Source: a virus
Lineage: Duplodnaviria; Caudoviricetes
IMG/VR virus record: IMGVR_UViG_3300006056_000027
Span: 56,648 to 120,647 of that record
DNA length: 64,000 nt
Direction: 5' to 3' (one strand)
The notes beneath the pieces are model-generated. The model did not search any database, was not told where the DNA came from, and saw only the letters and a list, made by a program, of their open reading frames with translations. Positions 61,023 to 64,000 of this stretch are shown one piece after another (the first letter of the stretch is position 1; each line of letters opens with the position of its first letter). The translations under genes were made by a program, and so were the position numbers.

Positions 61023-61468
61023 ATTGTTTTAAGTAGATCTATATATTCTTTATAGTTTTCAAAAATGTCTTCTTCAGTTATGAACTTATATTCTATAACT
61101 GCGTCTTTATGGTTTCTCTTTAAGAAGGCTCTTGCTGCTGAAGCTTTTCTTTGTACTCGTGCATTCTGTAGCATTGATTTTGGTTTAATTTCTATAAGGT
61201 CAATATTACCATTGGCTTTAAGAACTACAATGTCTGGAATATACACATGCTTATGCCCTCTTTCATCAAGGTATGGAATCTTAAATGGCTCCACAATAAA
61301 GTTGACAACATTGTCATCCTTCTCAAGTTTTACTAAGTATGCGTATTCATATGCAGATCTATAAACAAATCCACTATTGTTTTTCTTCGAAAAGAATGTG
61401 CCAGTCTTATATTTGCCGCCCATATCATTCTTCCTTTTGTTAAAATATACATTAGTGGATTTTCTCAT
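61019..61468 (-). CDS. T4 gp4-like head completion nuclease (TnsA N-terminal / PD-(D/E)XK fold)
   Basis: YRSAYE...EPFKIPY...YIPDIVV...LIEIKPK...FITE. Confidence 0.82.
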   Translation of the reverse strand: MRKSTNVYFNKRKNDMGGKYKTGTFFSKKNNSGFVYRSAYEYAYLVKLEKDDNVVNFIVEPFKIPYLDERGHKHVYIPDIVVLKANGNIDLIEIKPKSMLQNARVQRKASAARAFLKRNHKDAVIEYKFITEEDIFENYKEYIDLLKTI

Positions 61469-62319
61469 TACTCTATAACCTCGCCATCTACCACTTTCAT
61501 CTTTTCTACTTGTTTTGATAGTTCAAATATTTTAGATTTTAGATCTGCCATCTTTGATGAACTACTTGTTTTTTCTGAAACAGTTGCAATCACTTTCAGC
61601 TTCTCTTTTCTTGTAGCCATTAATGCTTCAAGCACTTTCATTCTATTTTTCTTAATTCTTTCCTTTAAGTCGAATGCTCTTGAGATTTCTTGGTTTTGAA
61701 TAATATTCCCATTAGGATCAACGCCAGTCATTACGTCTTGCAGTAATGTTTGATGATTCTCTGCTAAGTATTTTGTTATTCTCATTTCATATATATTAAA
61801 TTCTGCTAGTTCTGAAACTAAGTGCATTTCTGTAATATGATTAGGATCAACATTAAACTCTTCTAAATATTGCTCTGTCCAATAATGGATTAGTTGTGCC
61901 TCTACTAAGCAAGATTGGCCAAGAGGTGGTTTGCCAATTTGGAAGTAAGGACATGAATTCTTAAATGCACATTGGTCTCCAGTGCATCTAATAGGAACTG
62001 CTGCGTTAATACCTGTCGTTAATCTTTTCATCTGATTAGAGATTTGTTTAATCTCAGCTTCTGAAAATGTTAAGTGACCGTATTTGTCTTCATCTACATT
62101 TAATAAGTCTAGATAGTTTGTTTTTGTTATTGTTCCATCTTCTCTTATTTTAATTCCACTAAGACCTTGATATCTTGCTGGTAGATTTTCTTGTTTTGGT
62201 AATTCTTCTTTTACAATTGGTATTTTCTTAGATTCAGGAATACGATCCCTTAGTGCCTTTGCTTGAGAAAATATATCCTTAACCTTGTCGTTATAATCTA
62301 AAATGTTCTGCTCTTTCAT
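61468..62319 (-). CDS. Putative terminase small subunit
   Basis: First gene of the packaging block. Helical hairpin, beta-hairpin (GVDPNGN) and ISRAF...LEALMATRKEK resemble P27-type TerS; has a four-Cys cluster. Confidence 0.4.
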   Translation of the reverse strand: MKEQNILDYNDKVKDIFSQAKALRDRIPESKKIPIVKEELPKQENLPARYQGLSGIKIREDGTITKTNYLDLLNVDEDKYGHLTFSEAEIKQISNQMKRLTTGINAAVPIRCTGDQCAFKNSCPYFQIGKPPLGQSCLVEAQLIHYWTEQYLEEFNVDPNHITEMHLVSELAEFNIYEMRITKYLAENHQTLLQDVMTGVDPNGNIIQNQEISRAFDLKERIKKNRMKVLEALMATRKEKLKVIATVSEKTSSSSKMADLKSKIFELSKQVEKMKVVDGEVIE

Positions 62320-62331
62320 ATGTTCACCTAT

Positions 62332-62360
62332 TTGTATTTGTCCTTAATAAGATGTATTCT
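62332..62360 (+). promoter_or_regulatory. Possible sigma70-type promoter for the hydrolase gene
   Basis: TTGTAT-17 bp-TATTCT, with AGGAG RBS at 62385-62389. The AT-rich background weakens the call. Confidence 0.35.
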
Positions 62361-62395
62361 TTATATAACGCAATGTTAACATATAGGAGATATTT

Positions 62396-63052
62396 ATGAA
62401 ACACGTCGTATTCTTGCATGGGTTGGGTAGTCATGGTATGACAATGACTTTTTTAAAAAAATACTTTGATCTTTATTATGATTGTAAAACTTATTCATTT
62501 TCTTATATCTCAATTACATCATCTTTAGATAAAATAACAGATACTTTGGTTTGCGAATTTAATAATCATTTTTCTTGTATGGATGACGTTTATATAATTG
62601 GCCATTCTCTTGGCGGAGTAATAGCAAGAAAAATATCGTTATCGTCACAGATAAAATGTAGAATAAAGAAAATAGTAACACTAGGAACTCCTCATAATGG
62701 TGCTATTCTTGCTTCTAAGATTATTAATAAATTACCATTTATTAAATATGTATTTCCTATAGTTGGTGAATTATCAACTAATTCAGATAAGTTAGATTAC
62801 ACTATTAACAGAGATTGTAAAGTTGGAGTTTTGTCGGGTAATAAGCGTAGGTCAAAATGGAATCCACTTGTATTTATTGGATCCGCAATAATAGGCAATA
62901 AATATATAAATGATGGGGTTGTTTTATTAAAGGAAAATGGTATGGCATGTCATGATTCTATATGTATACATGTCGATCATATTAATATGCTGTGGAGTGA
63001 TGCCGTTGTTAAGCAATGTGTTAGTTTTATAAATACTGATAAGTTTAAATAA
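62396..63052 (+). CDS. Alpha/beta hydrolase (lipase/esterase family)
   Basis: VVFLHGL oxyanion motif, nucleophile elbow GHSLGG, VTLGTPHNGA, NDGVV acid, DHINML His. Confidence 0.92.
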   Translation: MKHVVFLHGLGSHGMTMTFLKKYFDLYYDCKTYSFSYISITSSLDKITDTLVCEFNNHFSCMDDVYIIGHSLGGVIARKISLSSQIKCRIKKIVTLGTPHNGAILASKIINKLPFIKYVFPIVGELSTNSDKLDYTINRDCKVGVLSGNKRRSKWNPLVFIGSAIIGNKYINDGVVLLKENGMACHDSICIHVDHINMLWSDAVVKQCVSFINTDKFK

Positions 63053-63060
63053 GTTCTAAA

Positions 63061-63090
63061 CAACAAAAAGGAGGCTTAGCCTCCCTGTTG
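63061..63090. terminator. Probable bidirectional terminator between convergent genes
   Basis: CAACAAAAA-GGAGGC-TTA-GCCTCC-CTGTTG; the U-tract is on the minus strand. Confidence 0.7.
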
Positions 63091-63168
63091 TCTTTATATA
63101 CTATCGTATCTTTAGTGGCCTAAAAATCACCTGACTGGCCGTAGCTAAGCGCGGCTTTAGCCGTCATT

Positions 63169-64000
63169 TTATTTCTCTTCTCCTTCAGCTACCGCAGACA
63201 TTGCAAGATTTTTAATTTCTGTTGCAAGCAGGCCTGATGGATTATTGGCTAGTTCCATGTAGAAAGATTCGCTTAAATAAGCTTGAATCATGACTCGAAT
63301 AGCATCATCTGATAAAAGACGACTGACAACACAATCTGTGCCATTAGCAAAGAATGTCACAAAATCGCCTGCCTTCAATAATTTACCGTTAATAATGCTA
63401 TTTTCATTTGCACCCGTCACTAAGTAGGTTTTGCCATCTGAATTTTCAGGTGCTTGTACCTCATACGCTACTACCTGCATGGCAGGGTAATCAGTATTTG
63501 ATATATCAAAAGATACAGGCGTATTGCCAAAAATAAATAGTGATCGTGATTCTGCGAAAGATGGGAAATTTCCCAAATCACATGAGATTAGTCCTAAATT
63601 TTGTGTTTCGTTTACAAAAGAAAGAATGTTTGTACCGTACTCTAAAGTAATGAGAATGCTGTCACCTGTCGCTACTTCATTAGGTAGAGATGTGCTAGCG
63701 GGGCTATAATTTAGATATTTGTATGTTTGCATCAGTATTCCGTCAACACAGCTAATAGCGACAAGTTCTGCAGTGCCAGTTACTGAGAGTTCATCCATGT
63801 TAGTAATGCTGGTTGGAGTCCACAGCCCTACTATCATCTGAGTATTCTCATCAGTAGCAGGCCATGTAAATCGTAACTGTGCTTTAGCGTCAACCTCTTG
63901 AGCAATATGAGTCGCGCAAGCCGTCGCATAGCCCTCAGGTGTAAATACATTATTAACAATAGTGCAGTTAGTTAACGCATCAAACACAGCTATATTGGCT
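63169..64000 (-). CDS. Hypothetical protein, probably 5'-truncated by the window edge
   Basis: The frame stays open from the ORF-track start (GTG 63987) to base 64000; beta-rich, no recognisable motif. Confidence 0.6.
   Translation of the reverse strand, partial: ANIAVFDALTNCTIVNNVFTPEGYATACATHIAQEVDAKAQLRFTWPATDENTQMIVGLWTPTSITNMDELSVTGTAELVAISCVDGILMQTYKYLNYSPASTSLPNEVATGDSILITLEYGTNILSFVNETQNLGLISCDLGNFPSFAESRSLFIFGNTPVSFDISNTDYPAMQVVAYEVQAPENSDGKTYLVTGANENSIINGKLLKAGDFVTFFANGTDCVVSRLLSDDAIRVMIQAYLSESFYMELANNPSGLLATEIKNLAMSAVAEGEEK

Noticed and set aside
61019-61468. Tn7-like transposon (TnsA fold)
   Set aside because: No TnsB/TnsC or terminal repeats; the position in the packaging block fits a gp4-like head completion nuclease.
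7096-63709. Many short + strand ORFs (for example 8856-9347, 15574-16050, 48393-48752, 53839-54273) and short - strand ORFs inside the ligase and nrdA
   Set aside because: They are antisense or alternate-frame shadows of long motif-bearing genes, with no recognisable domains.
1-64000. CRISPR array, tRNA genes, diversity-generating retroelement
   Set aside because: Intergenic gaps are too short and show no repeat-spacer pattern or cloverleaf. No reverse transcriptase or template/variable repeat pair was seen. Not verified by software.
1-64000. Stop-codon reassignment
   Set aside because: The standard code gives near-complete coding density, and TAG and TGA both end genes at tight junctions (for example 44701, 53832, 14760).

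Overview
The window is a densely coded, AT-rich segment of a large tailed dsDNA phage with a contractile tail. Positions 1-7109 (+ strand) hold a DNA/nucleotide-metabolism block: a partial DUF559/Vsr-like nuclease, ATP-dependent DNA ligase, class Ia nrdA, a free-standing HNH-AP2 endonuclease, nrdB, a DUF5664-like dATP/dGTP diphosphohydrolase and an AT-hook protein. Positions 62319 down to 7086 (- strand) are one nearly gap-free morphogenesis block of about 55 kb: putative TerS, gp4-like nuclease, DEDDh exonuclease, TerL, portal, protease/scaffold, capsid, neck, sheath, three tube-fold paralogs, chaperones, three giant proteins, baseplate and fibre. An alpha/beta hydrolase and a 5'-truncated ORF close the window. 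Main finding: the 1591-aa ORF at 31034-35809, inside the tail module, carries in the correct order the signature motifs of both beta and beta' of two-barrel RNA polymerases, with an unusual DYDYD catalytic loop. It looks like a single-polypeptide, probably virion-packaged RNA polymerase. It has hydrophobic segments at both ends, shares a C-terminal motif with a late-block DEDDh exonuclease, and lies next to a hub protein fused to a lytic transglycosylase and a thermonuclease domain. Together these suggest a virion-delivered, possibly membrane-tethered transcription/nuclease system. All assignments come from manual motif recognition; no database search was run.
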